DNA from: an uncultured Planctomycetaceae bacterium
GTDB taxonomy: Bacteria > Planctomycetota > Planctomycetia > Isosphaerales > Isosphaeraceae
Length of the DNA: 64,000 nucleotides
Direction: 5' to 3'
Assembly: GCA_963833985.1 (NCBI GenBank)
Contig: CAWIAD010000002.1
Coordinates: 4,992,001-5,056,000, forward strand
The notes below the pieces were generated by a model that saw nothing but the letters and a program-made list of their open reading frames with translations, had not been told where the DNA came from and did not search any database. Below, in pieces: positions 31,757-41,418 of this stretch (within the stretch, counting starts at the first letter, position 1; every line of letters begins with the position of its first letter). A program made the translations under genes and the position numbers.

Positions 31757-31847
31757 GAAAGAAAGAAGAAGAAAGAAGGAAAGAAGGACATGCATTGCTG
31801 CCCATCTGGTGGAAGGCTGCATTGCCTGTCCCTTCCTTTCCCTTCTT
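31757..31847. repeat. Near-palindromic 54-bp element (copy 1) with stuttered purine/pyrimidine tails
   Basis: Core 31787-31840 matches 39484-39537 at 52/54 positions; tails GAAAGAAAGAAGAAGAAAGAAGGAAAGAAG (left) and CCTTCCTTTCCCTTCTT (right). Confidence 0.85.
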
Positions 31848-31908
31848 GCTCGAGCATTGAGCCCGCGGACTCGGGACGATCTCTCGACTTGCCCGGCATC
31901 CCAATGCT

Positions 31909-33483
31909 TCACTGGATCGTGATCGCGGTCTTGAATCCCGTGACGCGATTGCCCGAGACGACCACTCCGCCGGCGTTCGGTGCACCGTGGGCGGGGACGA
32001 AGATTCCGTGGCTGCCCGTGCCCTCGATCGTGTTGCCCGTCACTTTCGTACCGCTGCCTCCCTTCGCGGGCGGTACGATAAACATGCCATCTCCCGATCC
32101 AATCCGGAGCGTGTTGTCCTGGATGACGTTGGACTGGACGAGCGCGCCTTCGGCATGGATTCCCAGGGCAGTTCCCGTGGCGACGATGGTGTTGCCGATG
32201 ACCGCAGTATCGGCCGCGAAGATTCCCAGGCAGATGTTGCCGTCGGCCCGGCACTCCAGGGTGTTGCCCGTGATCCGGATCTGCCCGACGTAGGGCGCAT
32301 ACTCGACGGGGCCGATGAAATCGGCCAGCACGGCGCCCCAGCCCGAGCCGCCGGTGATATTCCCGCAGTGCACCGTGTTGCGGCTGAATTCGACATCCTT
32401 GCCGCCGATGAAGATCCCGGCGACGACCGTCGCATCGGGGTGAAGCGAGAATACGTTGTCTGTCATTTTCAAATGGGCCGCGTATTCTCCGAAGCCGGCG
32501 TTCAAGCCCGTGAAGCGGTTGCCGGCGAACACGCCATGGCGGCTGTTTCGCTGGGTCAATTCGAGCGGAGCGTAGCGTGGACCGACGGATGTGAACGTAT
32601 TGCCGGTGAACGCGAAATCGACGAGCGTGTTGAGGCTGATTCCCGCGAACTGACGCTCGCCGGTTCCCGTCTCGATGACGAACTCGTTGTTCTCTGCTTT
32701 GAACCCGATCGTCTCGGTCACGGCCAGCGGTTCGGCGCCCTGCACCGTCATGTTCCGGACGCCCACGTTCCTGGTCACGAGCGGTGTGATCCGGGCGATG
32801 GAGGGCGAAAGGAAAGAACGGGTCAGAGGACGTCTCAGCGTGAGCACGCCGTTTTCGGCTTTCACCGCCGTGACTTGCCCGATCTCCGTGGGTATGACAT
32901 CGCCTTGGGTGGACTCATAAATGGCCACGTCATCTTCCGCCTTGAACCGCGTGAGATCGGCGGATCTGGAGAGAGCGACCGAAGTCTCGCCCGCGGTCGT
33001 TGGCCTGAGCGTGACGAATCCGCCGTTGTACCTGGGATACTGGAAGCGGATCACCGTGTATTCGCGGCCGAACGCGAGCACGGTGTTGCGCACCTCGGTC
33101 GCCCGGGGCGCAAGTGCGTGCCGGCCGCCGGGCCCCTGGAGCAACCGCGATCCGCCCGTGCCGCTGAGCGTCACGTTGGAGCCGACAATGAGGTTGTAGA
33201 AGAACCAGGGATGGCTGCTCGGGCGGGACGAATTCAGCAGGCAAGTGCCCGCGGGAAACTCGACCACGCCTCCGCCCGCGGCCTCGGTCGCGTCGATGGC
33301 CTTCTGCACGGCCGCGGTATCGTCGGTCTTGCCGTCGCATGCGGCCCCGAAGTCGATGACCCGGAAAGTTGCTGTGGTTCGGCCTGGGCCGGCTACTGAC
33401 GATGAGGGTTGCGCCTTTGCGATGGTACTCGCCAGCAAGGCGGAAGCAATCGCGATCACGGCGCCGCGCATTGGCAATCTCAT
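31909..33483 (-). CDS. Secreted pectate-lyase-superfamily (GH28-like) beta-helix protein
   Basis: Signal peptide MRLPMRGAVIAIASALLAS; VIDFGAACDGKTDDTAAVQKAID...GGGVVEFPAG; repeated xGNT beta-helix turns. Confidence 0.88.
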   Translation of the reverse strand: MRLPMRGAVIAIASALLASTIAKAQPSSSVAGPGRTTATFRVIDFGAACDGKTDDTAAVQKAIDATEAAGGGVVEFPAGTCLLNSSRPSSHPWFFYNLIVGSNVTLSGTGGSRLLQGPGGRHALAPRATEVRNTVLAFGREYTVIRFQYPRYNGGFVTLRPTTAGETSVALSRSADLTRFKAEDDVAIYESTQGDVIPTEIGQVTAVKAENGVLTLRRPLTRSFLSPSIARITPLVTRNVGVRNMTVQGAEPLAVTETIGFKAENNEFVIETGTGERQFAGISLNTLVDFAFTGNTFTSVGPRYAPLELTQRNSRHGVFAGNRFTGLNAGFGEYAAHLKMTDNVFSLHPDATVVAGIFIGGKDVEFSRNTVHCGNITGGSGWGAVLADFIGPVEYAPYVGQIRITGNTLECRADGNICLGIFAADTAVIGNTIVATGTALGIHAEGALVQSNVIQDNTLRIGSGDGMFIVPPAKGGSGTKVTGNTIEGTGSHGIFVPAHGAPNAGGVVVSGNRVTGFKTAITIQ

Positions 33484-33770
33484 TCCGGTTCCTTCACGGC
33501 ATTCCTTCGAGCGCCAGACGCCTTGACGTCGACCGGCTTCTTCGTGCGGATGTCGCCCGGGTTGCGGACCTCGCCGGGCGGGACGACAAGGTTCTCGAAC
33601 GGGCGCCCGGCTTACAGTTCCTTGCCGATCCAGACCTTCGCCGTAGAGCGCTGTCCGGGCACCAGTCGTTCCACGCGCAAGCAACCTTCGCCGTCGCGAG
33701 AGCAGGCCGGAATCTTGCCGACCCCGGCATCATCCTGAGCTGCGCGTACCAGTCGGCCTGGCATGCAAAG
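33480..33770 (-). pseudogene. Degraded 3' remnant of a planctomycete beta-sandwich (carboxypeptidase-regulatory-like) protein
   Basis: Translates DGEGCLRVERLVPGQRSTAKVWIGKEL*AGRPFENLVVPPGEVRNPGDIRTKKPVD with an internal TAA; its final TGA overlaps the next ATG (ATGA). Confidence 0.5.
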
Positions 33771-34037
33771 TCCGCCAGACTCCGGCTCGAAATCCGCGGG
33801 CGCTTCATTTTCATCGAGAATCCGTCTCGTGACCAGCCCAGCGCTTCATACGGACCGTGCAAGGCGTCGTGTCCTTGCCGCGAGCCAGCAGGAATCCGAT
33901 GAATGCCGCGTGGCCTGTCCGTTCTGCCATTTCTGAATTTCGACGAATCGAGACATGAACATCTCCAGATACAAGACAAGGCCAATTCTTCAGGGAGTCG
34001 ACGTCGCAGGCGACGGTCCGTGACTGACGCCATCGGC

Positions 34038-37000
34038 CTACCGTGCGAGAATCGCGAGCATCCGTTTGACCGATTCCGCGGCATCGGGCCGCCTCGGCGG
34101 CGTGGTGAAGTCCAGTTCGAGGCCCTGCTCCCGGGCGAACCGGACGAACGCCAGGTGGTTGTCGAACCGCCGGCCGTGCCGATTGCCCAGGTGATCGAGC
34201 ACGACCCGCCGGGCCGGGCCGAAGCACGTTGGCATCTTGAGAAGCTCGACCAGTTCTTGCGTGGTGAGGCGGCAGGGGAAGGGCTGGGCGGCCGCTTCTC
34301 CGGCCCAGGGGAATTGCCCTGAAATTGCCTGGCCGAGTGCGATGGCAGTGAAGCCCGCTCGGCGGTTGATCTCAGCCGTGCTGGAGTCGTCCAGGACTTC
34401 AGACCAGCGGCTCTCGTTGAGATTGCGCTTTGAAACCAGTCCCATGGACACCTCACAGGCGAGCGCCTTCGCGCTAGCCCTATCCACATACCTGAGAAGG
34501 AGGGGCGAGAGCGAAGGATCACCCCACGGCCCGCCCGCTGGGGCCCTCGTGACAAGCTTCTGCATTGACGAACGTATGACACCGCTGCAGATGCGCGAGG
34601 CATCCGCCGGGTCCATCCGGCCCGCCACCTCCGACAGCGCCGACGCCAGCCACGATCGTTCAGAGGCGTCTGTAGAACGCTCAAGTGCTTCTGCGAGTAT
34701 CTTGGCAGCCTGGCCGCAAATGCGTGAGGCCTCGGTTGGGTCCATCCGGCCCGCCACCTCCGACAGCGCCGACGCCAGCCACGATCGTTCAGAGGCGTCT
34801 GTAGAACGCTCAAGTGCTTCTGCGAGTATCTTGGCAGCCTGGCCGCAAATGCGTGAGGCCTCGGTTGGGTCCATCCTCACCGCTACGGCCGACAACGCCG
34901 ATGCAACAAGCAAGCGGGAATAGGCATCCATATCATGGTCGAGTGCTCCCGCAACTGTCTTGGCCGTCCGGCCGCAAGTGCGCGAGGCATCCGTCGCGTC
35001 CATCCGCACCGCTACCTCCGACAGCGCCGTGGCCAGCGTCCAACCGGCACTGGTCTCCGTCACCATCGACGCAGACCAAAGGGTGGGATCATCCGCCATC
35101 CGGCCGAATGCTTCGGCGAGTGTCTTGGAGGCCCCGGCCGGTTCCATTCGCCCTGCCACAGTCGACAGCGCCGATGCAAGGGACGAGCGTGCGTTGGCAT
35201 CCTTCTCGCGGCCGAGAGCTTCGGTGAGCACCTTGGCGGCCTGGCCGCAAATGCGTGCGGCCTCGGTTGGGTCCGTCCAGCCCGCGACGTTCGACAGGGC
35301 CGACGCCAATGACGAGCGGGCACTGGCATCCCTCTCACGGGCCAGGGCTTCGGCGAGAGTCTTGGCGGCCCTGCCGCAGATGCGAGCGGCCTCGGTCGGG
35401 TCCAAGCGGCCCGACACCACCGACAACACAGACGCAAGATACAAGCGTGCGTTGGGCTCTGTCTCGAGCTCGAGTTCCTTCACGAGGGTGCTGGCGACCT
35501 GGCGCAGATCCGCGCGGCCTCTGTCGGGGCCATACGGCCCGCCACGGTCGACAACGCCCGCGCCAAATTCGAGCGGGTATAGGTGTTCGTCTCACGGTCG
35601 AGTGCATCGGCGAGGGTCTTTGCGGCCTGTCGGCAGGTGAGAGCGGCCTCGGTCGGGGCCGTCCGGCTCGACACAGTCGACAGGGCCGATGCCAGGTACG
35701 TGAGGGAATTGGGCTCCGTCTCACGGCAGAGCGCTTCGGCGAGGGTCCTTGCCGCGATACTAGGATCGATTCGTGCCGAAACAGCGATCAGCCGGTTCGT
35801 CCATGCCGGGTGTTGGTCGGGGAAGTCCCCCGCCAGCCCCTGGATTAGAAGGCCACTTTCGTCTTCGGCCTCCGGACTGGCCCGGTCCTCGAATTCCAGC
35901 GCGACGAAAGCCAGGTCGACCTTGCTCTGGAGTTGAAGCCCGGGATCGCCAAGCCGCTCGGAGAGGAGTCGGGCCGCCCGCTTTCTCTTTTCGGCGTCAA
36001 GGCCAACCGCGGCGATCAACGCCGGCTCGGACCGGGCGCGGAGCTGGCTCAAAGTGATCGGGTCCTTGGTGGCTTCGTCCAGGAAGCGCAGGCCGATGTC
36101 CGTGTTACCGAGCCGGGCGAGCTCCCAGAGGGATTCACTTTCAGGGACCGAGAGCGTGTCCTTGCCATCGCCATCGGGATCGAGCGGCTTGGCGAGACCC
36201 CGGGCGAGGAGGCCTTCCATCGCGTCTCGGTCGTCAAGCGCCTTGCTCTCGGCGACCTCGGCTCGATTGCGTTCTCGCCGTTCCCTGGTGGCAAAGACTG
36301 TTGAGACAACGATGCCGATCAAAAGCGATGCAGCCACGGCACCAGCCAGGCCGCTGACGGCCGGGTTCCGTCTGCACCATCGCCAGAACCGCTCGGCCTG
36401 GCCCACTGGCCTCGCCAGGATCGGCTCGCCCCGGAGCCAGCGGTCCAGGTCGTCGGCCAGGGCCTCGGCCGAGGGATAGCGCCGACCCGGCTCCTTCTCC
36501 AGGCACTTGAGCACGACCGTCTCCAGGTCGCGGTCGAGGCCAGGCCGGATCGACGAGGGACGCGGCGGGTCGGACTCGCGCGCCTGGCGCAAGAGCGTCA
36601 GCGCGTTGTCGCCCGTGAATGGGGTTTGGCCAGTCAACCGCTCGTAGAGGATGACGCCCAGGCTGTACACGTCGGCGGCCACGGTCAGGTCCTTGCGCCC
36701 GGCGGCTTGCTCGGGAGCCATGTACCTCGGCGTGCCCAGCACCTGGCCCGGCTCGGTGAACGAGCGGCCTGTGTCAGCCAGCCGCTTGGCCAGGCCGAAG
36801 TCGGTGACGAGCCGCGTCCCCTGGGGATCGACGAGGACGTTGGAGGGCTTCAAGTCGCGGTGCAAGACCCCGCGCTGGTGGGCGTGGTGCACGGCCCGGA
36901 TCACCTGGATCATCCCCTCCACTTCCCGGCGCGGCTCGCTTCGCGGGTGCCTCGCGAGCGAGGTCCCCTCGACGAACTTCATCGCGTAGTACTGCTGCCC

Positions 37001-37489
37001 CTGGTGCTCGCCCACCTCGTGGATCGGCACGATATGGGGATGATCGAGGTTCGCCGCGGCTTCGGCCTCGGCGTGGAACCTCTGGACGTCACGGCTCGAG
37101 GCGAAGCTGCCGGCGAGGATCATCTTGAGCGCGACGAGCCGATTGAGCGACACCTGCCGCGCCTTGTACACCAGCCCCATCCCGCCCCGGGCGATCTCCT
37201 CCAGCAGCTCGTAGTCGCCGAAATAGCGGACCGTCGGCAGATCGGTGTGGCCGTTCGCCTCGAGTGCATTCGTCGCGTCCAGCCCGTCGGCCATGCGTAA
37301 AGGCGAGGCCACGCGGTCCATGCGATCGAGGTCGGCGAAGAAGGCCTGAAGCGCCTCGGCGTGCTCGAGGTGCTGGTCGAGCAGCTCCTGGCGGTTGGGC
37401 ACTTCGCCGGCCTCGACGGCCAGCATGTAGGCGGCGATGACCGCGTCGAGTGAACTGTGCGAGATCGTCGGGTCGTTCGGCGTCGACAT
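34038..37489 (-). CDS. Ser/Thr protein kinase with TM segment and ~43-aa helical (HEAT/ARM-like) repeats (frameshift ~35500)
   Basis: [39 protein letters not shown] then a TM segment; repeats [32 protein letters not shown] across both ORFs. Confidence 0.92.
34609..34876. repeat. Exact 129-bp tandem duplication within the kinase repeat region
   Basis: GGGTCCATCC anchors at 34609, 34738 and 34867, with identical intervening sequence (43 codons). Confidence 0.9.
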
Positions 37490-37646
37490 GGGTTGCGTCC
37501 GATCCAAAAGATCCTTCGTCGCTGAGCATCCAGGCGCTGAGGTCGCCCTATCTCGTAAAGACGACGTTTGCTGGCGAACGAACCATGAATTATCTCGCGG
37601 CAGGGCGAGTCTGCCAGAATCGGAGCGGCACATGGTACCAAGGAGT

Positions 37647-38152
37647 TCAAGGTTCGGTCTCGTAGGGCTCTGGCAAACCGATGCGGCTGAAGGTGTCGGC
37701 GAAGTGTCTGGCGAGGTGTTCCCGATACGGCGTGAGGAGACGAGCCCGACGGCGGCCGGCCATGCCCAGCGCTCTCAGAAGGTCAAGGCGGACCGTATGG
37801 AGCTGACGCAGGTCCACGATCATCTCGTTGAGGCCAAGGTCCGAGCTCGCGGGCAGAAAGTACCACCCATAACCCGGGCCGCCCCCACCGGCCCGCGAAC
37901 GTCGGCGGGCTTGAGCAGACCTTGGTCCACGATGAACTGGGCCTCGTGAACGACCGCAACCGTAAGGTTTGTGACCTTCTGATTCGCGAGATCGCACGCC
38001 TGGGTCAAAACAAGAACTCGGTTTCTTGCGACATTGATCTCGGGTGGATCGTTCCCGTCGAGGTCGAATTCCTTGACCGAAAGAATGAGACACTGATCGA
38101 TCAGGTCCCCTTGATCCAGCGGCTCATCGATCGCGGGGGCTCCGTAGATCAT
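37647..38152 (-). CDS. Putative toxin (PemK/MazF-like fold, tentative); frameshift ~37875
   Basis: LDQGDL...[10 protein letters not shown] (ORF 37820-38164) joins YGWYFLP...VDLRQLHTV...[23 protein letters not shown] (ORF 37647-38093); ATG overlaps the upstream stop. Confidence 0.6.
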
Positions 38153-38418
38153 TGGTCGCCCCAATCGTCGGGGATCTCAGGGGGGTCTGGAAGCGGCGTG
38201 GGGCCGGGCCTGGCAATGACGGTGAAGTGTGCCGCGGGAGCCGGAAACTCCACCCAAGGGTCAAGCATCACGTCGGATTCATCGTACGCCGAGATAGGCG
38301 GCAGCTCACTGGCCTCGAGCATGCGCAGCTCGACCACCTTGCCGTTGACCTGGCACCGATAGACACGTCCAGCTTCCAGATCCACCTGCCCGAGGGCTTC
38401 GACAAGGGAAAGGCTCAT
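38149..38418 (-). CDS. Small acidic protein, putative antitoxin
   Basis: 89 aa with an acidic Pro-rich tail; RBS GGAG; ATGA-coupled to the downstream gene. Confidence 0.6.
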   Translation of the reverse strand: MSLSLVEALGQVDLEAGRVYRCQVNGKVVELRMLEASELPPISAYDESDVMLDPWVEFPAPAAHFTVIARPGPTPLPDPPEIPDDWGDQ

Positions 38419-38517
38419 AGACTCTCCGGTTCACTGGGGGGAACCAGGACACCATTGACACCCTCAATTGTATCGGCAGTCTGGGCTCGGTGGCAGGGCG
38501 TGCGGACCTCTCGAGAG

Positions 38518-39078
38518 TCACGCGGGGTCGGTCTTCATCCGTTTCCGCAACTCCTCCAGCCCCCTGCGCAAAAGCGACGCTACGGCCGGGACGCTACGGC
38601 CGATCCGTTCGGCAATCCGGGGGAGCGTCCAGCCCTGGCAGTGCTTCAAGACGACTACCTCGCGCATCAGCTCGGGCAGCTCCGTCAGGGCCCCGACCAT
38701 CCGTAGCAGCTCCTCGTTCCGCTCGGCCCGGCCGCTGGGCGAGGTCTGGTCGGCAGCCAGCCAGGCTGCGAACCCGGACGCCGAGCGGTCCAGGTCGGCG
38801 GCCAGCGACCGCTCCAGGGCGATATCCCGCTTGTCCCGCTCGTAATGCTTGGCGGCGTCGGCCAGCGTCCTGGCCAGGATCCGCCGCAGCCAGGCGACCA
38901 GCACTTCGGGCCGGTGATCGCGCACCTCGCCCAGGGCCGAATACGCGCGCAGCAGAGTCTGCTGGACCACATCGGAGGGGTCGAGCTTGCCACGAAGTTT
39001 CCGGTCAAGGTGCAGGTCCGCCAGCACCTTGAGGTACTTGCGGTACGGTTCCAGGGTTTCCGACGGGTCATGGGTCAT
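38518..39078 (-). CDS. ECF sigma-70 factor, planctomycete-specific subfamily
   Basis: YRKYLKVLA...LRGKLDPSDVVQQT...AWLRRIL...RERSL-like...TSPS...LPELMREVVVLKHCQG. Confidence 0.93.
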   Translation of the reverse strand: MTHDPSETLEPYRKYLKVLADLHLDRKLRGKLDPSDVVQQTLLRAYSALGEVRDHRPEVLVAWLRRILARTLADAAKHYERDKRDIALERSLAADLDRSASGFAAWLAADQTSPSGRAERNEELLRMVGALTELPELMREVVVLKHCQGWTLPRIAERIGRSVPAVASLLRRGLEELRKRMKTDPA

Positions 39079-39442
39079 GGGCGATCGTCGTTTCCCCTCT
39101 TCCCAGGAAGACGACGTCTTCTCGTCGATGAACCAAGTTTTTTCTCAGCAGTCACCGATTTTGACATTTTCTGCCACGGGATCGTTCGTCTCGGCTCTCG
39201 AGTCTGAGGTACTGCATCATTGTAGGTGCATGTCGGGGGCCATGCAGGCGAAGAGAGTCGACCCGAACGTGGTGGCCACCAGCCTTCTCCTGGCTGCGCT
39301 TGGCCAAGGCCGATACCGCACTGGGCTATGAGCTGGATTCGATCGCCGCCCACGTCGTCGGCAGTATGAAGGAGCTTGAATCGTTATGACCGAGCGTGAA
39401 GCAAGAGTCGCCCTCACCGATCGCTCGCTCTTCAACGAGAGG

Positions 39443-39537
39443 CACAGACAGAAAAGACGGCGAGTAAGACTGGCGAGTAAGGAGACATGCATTGCAGCCC
39501 ATGTGGTGGAAGGCTGCATTGCCTGTCCCTTCCTTTC
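39443..39537. repeat. Near-palindromic 54-bp element (copy 2) with stuttered tails
   Basis: Core GACATGCATTGCAGCCCATGTGGTGGAAGGCTGCATTGCCTGTCCCTTCCTTTC; left tail ACAGACAGAAAAGACGGCGAGT-AAGACTGGCGAGT-AAGGA. Confidence 0.85.
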
Positions 39538-39553
39538 GTGGCATCCGGCGCCC

Positions 39554-40258
39554 TTACACGCAGTCCACGAGCTTGCCCCGGATGGCTGCTTTGAAGCCGA
39601 TGAGGCCCGAGGGCTTCACTCCAGGCGGCTCACTCCGCGCCGAGCCGGTCCGGCACAACTGCTCCAGCGTGGCCGCGAACCCGTCGGCCAGCGCCTTGAG
39701 CTGCCCGACGTCCGTGACCCCCTCGCGCACTTCGAGGACGAGCATGTCCACGTCTCGGGGGAAGTCGGGTTCGGCACCCAGGGCGAACCGCCACGGCTTG
39801 TCCCGGACCTCCATGGCGAACCCCGGCCGCGCCCCGATCAGCTCACGGAACCTCGGTTCGGCGAAGAGGGTTCGCACCCTGTCGTCGTCGTTCCCGGTGA
39901 TGACGAACGCCTCGTCGCATTCGGGGAAGCCCACATCGACTTGCCGCCACAGGCCGAGCTTCCTGGCCAGGCGCGTGAAAAATTCGGTGCGGGTGACCGA
40001 GAACCGGAACCCGCCTGGGTTCGAGTAGGGTGCGTACAGCTGAGTAAACGTCCTCTCAGTCTCACGGGTATAGCCACCGATGCTGACGATCCAGGGGCCG
40101 GCCCGGGCGTGGACGGTGCCGTAAGAGTGGACCCAGCGATCGCCGAGTCGGACTGTCCGCCTGTACGGCCCGTCGCCCGGGTGGTATTCGGCACCGATCT
40201 CGCGGCTGAACCGCTGTAAGACTTCGTCCATGTGGAAGCTAGGATCGGACAGGCCCAT
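39554..40258 (-). CDS. Hypothetical protein (DUF3137-like, tentative)
   Basis: 234-aa ORF with RBS GGAGG; FTRLARKLG...VDVGFPECDEAFVITGNDDDRVRTLF. Confidence 0.7.
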   Translation of the reverse strand: MGLSDPSFHMDEVLQRFSREIGAEYHPGDGPYRRTVRLGDRWVHSYGTVHARAGPWIVSIGGYTRETERTFTQLYAPYSNPGGFRFSVTRTEFFTRLARKLGLWRQVDVGFPECDEAFVITGNDDDRVRTLFAEPRFRELIGARPGFAMEVRDKPWRFALGAEPDFPRDVDMLVLEVREGVTDVGQLKALADGFAATLEQLCRTGSARSEPPGVKPSGLIGFKAAIRGKLVDCV

Positions 40259-40289
40259 CGTGACGCCTCCCGGGATTTCGCGCGATTGC

Positions 40290-40364
40290 CGGTCGTTCGC
40301 CGCCCCGTTTCAGGCGGCCCCGGTCCCGCGCCCGGTCGATCAGGATGCGACGCATGGCTTCGCC
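40290..40364 (-). pseudogene. Internal fragment of an ECF sigma factor (kinase-associated type)
   Basis: Translates EAMRRILIDRARDRGRLKRGGE, the region-2 signature of these ECFs; no flanking gene parts. Confidence 0.6.
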
Positions 40365-40386
40365 TCCAGTCGGCTTCCCCCAGCTT

Positions 40387-40842
40387 TCAGCTGCCCCGCT
40401 TCGCCGGAGTCCCATCCCGCGTCAATGCCGCGTAACCGAATCCTGCGAAGAACAGCCCCACACCGCCGAACGCCAGCGGGATCAACCATCGATCGAAGAA
40501 GGTATCGACGTATCCCAGGGATGGCTGAGCCGCCCTGTACCGCACGGCGATGCTCTGCCCGATTGTGAAACTGGCTGGATTGGAACCGACCGCTCCTTTG
40601 CATCGATACGACGAACCATCGACTTCGTAGGCGACGACGGGGATATAGCCCCCCTCGGGGCCCGGCTGGCGCTCCTGCCCGACGATCGTCCCCGTGGTGC
40701 GGACCGTGCCGAACCAAAGGCCCACTGAGCGCACTCCGAAGCCGAGCCCGATCAGGAGGGAAACCGCGCCCATCAGCAGGGAGCACCAAGCTGCCCAAGC
40801 CGGGATGCCGTCTCGACCCTGGCCTGTCGCCTTGGATTTCAT
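40387..40842 (-). CDS. DUF3592-like membrane protein
   Basis: TM, RTTGTIVG...YIPVVAYEVDG...GQSIAVRY, C-terminal TM. Confidence 0.8.
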   Translation of the reverse strand: MKSKATGQGRDGIPAWAAWCSLLMGAVSLLIGLGFGVRSVGLWFGTVRTTGTIVGQERQPGPEGGYIPVVAYEVDGSSYRCKGAVGSNPASFTIGQSIAVRYRAAQPSLGYVDTFFDRWLIPLAFGGVGLFFAGFGYAALTRDGTPAKRGS

Positions 40843-40924
40843 CGGCGATCTCCGCTCGGCCCCCCCCATGATACACGGCTCCCCGGACGATCTCTTGGGA
40901 ATAACCGCCGATTCGGCGAAAGCC

Positions 40925-41162
40925 TTACCCCTCCGCCTTCTCGAGCCTCAGCCCCGTGATCCACTCCTCATCCCGGCCGCCCGCCGCCGCCTGCAGCGGG
41001 TCCACTTGGATCAGCTCGCCCCGCGTGCCGCCCTCGATCTTGTCGGCCACGGCCTTGAGGTTTCTTCTGGTAATCACGAACCACCTCGCTGTAGGCTTGG
41101 TCGTCGTAGTCGACGTTGCGATTGATGTCGAGCTTGTCGAAGGCAGCCGCGTCGGCGATGGC
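40925..41162 (-). pseudogene. 5'-truncated gene remnant abutting the stutter tract
   Basis: IADAAAFDKLDINRNVDYDDQAYSEVVRDYQKK/LKAVADKIEGG...LRLEKAEG* (one shift ~41060); host-like codon use; no start codon. Confidence 0.65.
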
Positions 41163-41164
41163 CT

Positions 41165-41382
41165 AAAAGGACAGAAGGACAGGAAAGACAGAAAAGGACG
41201 GAAAGACAGAAAAGGACAGGAAAGACAGAAAAGGACAGGCATACAGAAAAGTACAGAAAAGGACAGGCAACGCAGCCTTGCCCTGGCCGCACTGATCAAA
41301 GACAGAAAGGACAAGACAGAAAAGGACAGAAAAGAGGACAGAAAAGGACAGGCAACGCAGCCTTGCCCTGGCCGCACTGATC
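41165..41382 (+). repeat. Telomere-like stuttered AAAAGGACAG tract with a 45-bp direct repeat
   Basis: About 17 imperfect A(2-4)(G)GACAG units; exact 45-bp copies at 41253-41297 and 41338-41382. Confidence 0.92.
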
Positions 41383-41418
41383 TGATAGGTTGCGCAGATC
41401 TTGCCAGGAGGTTCGTTC

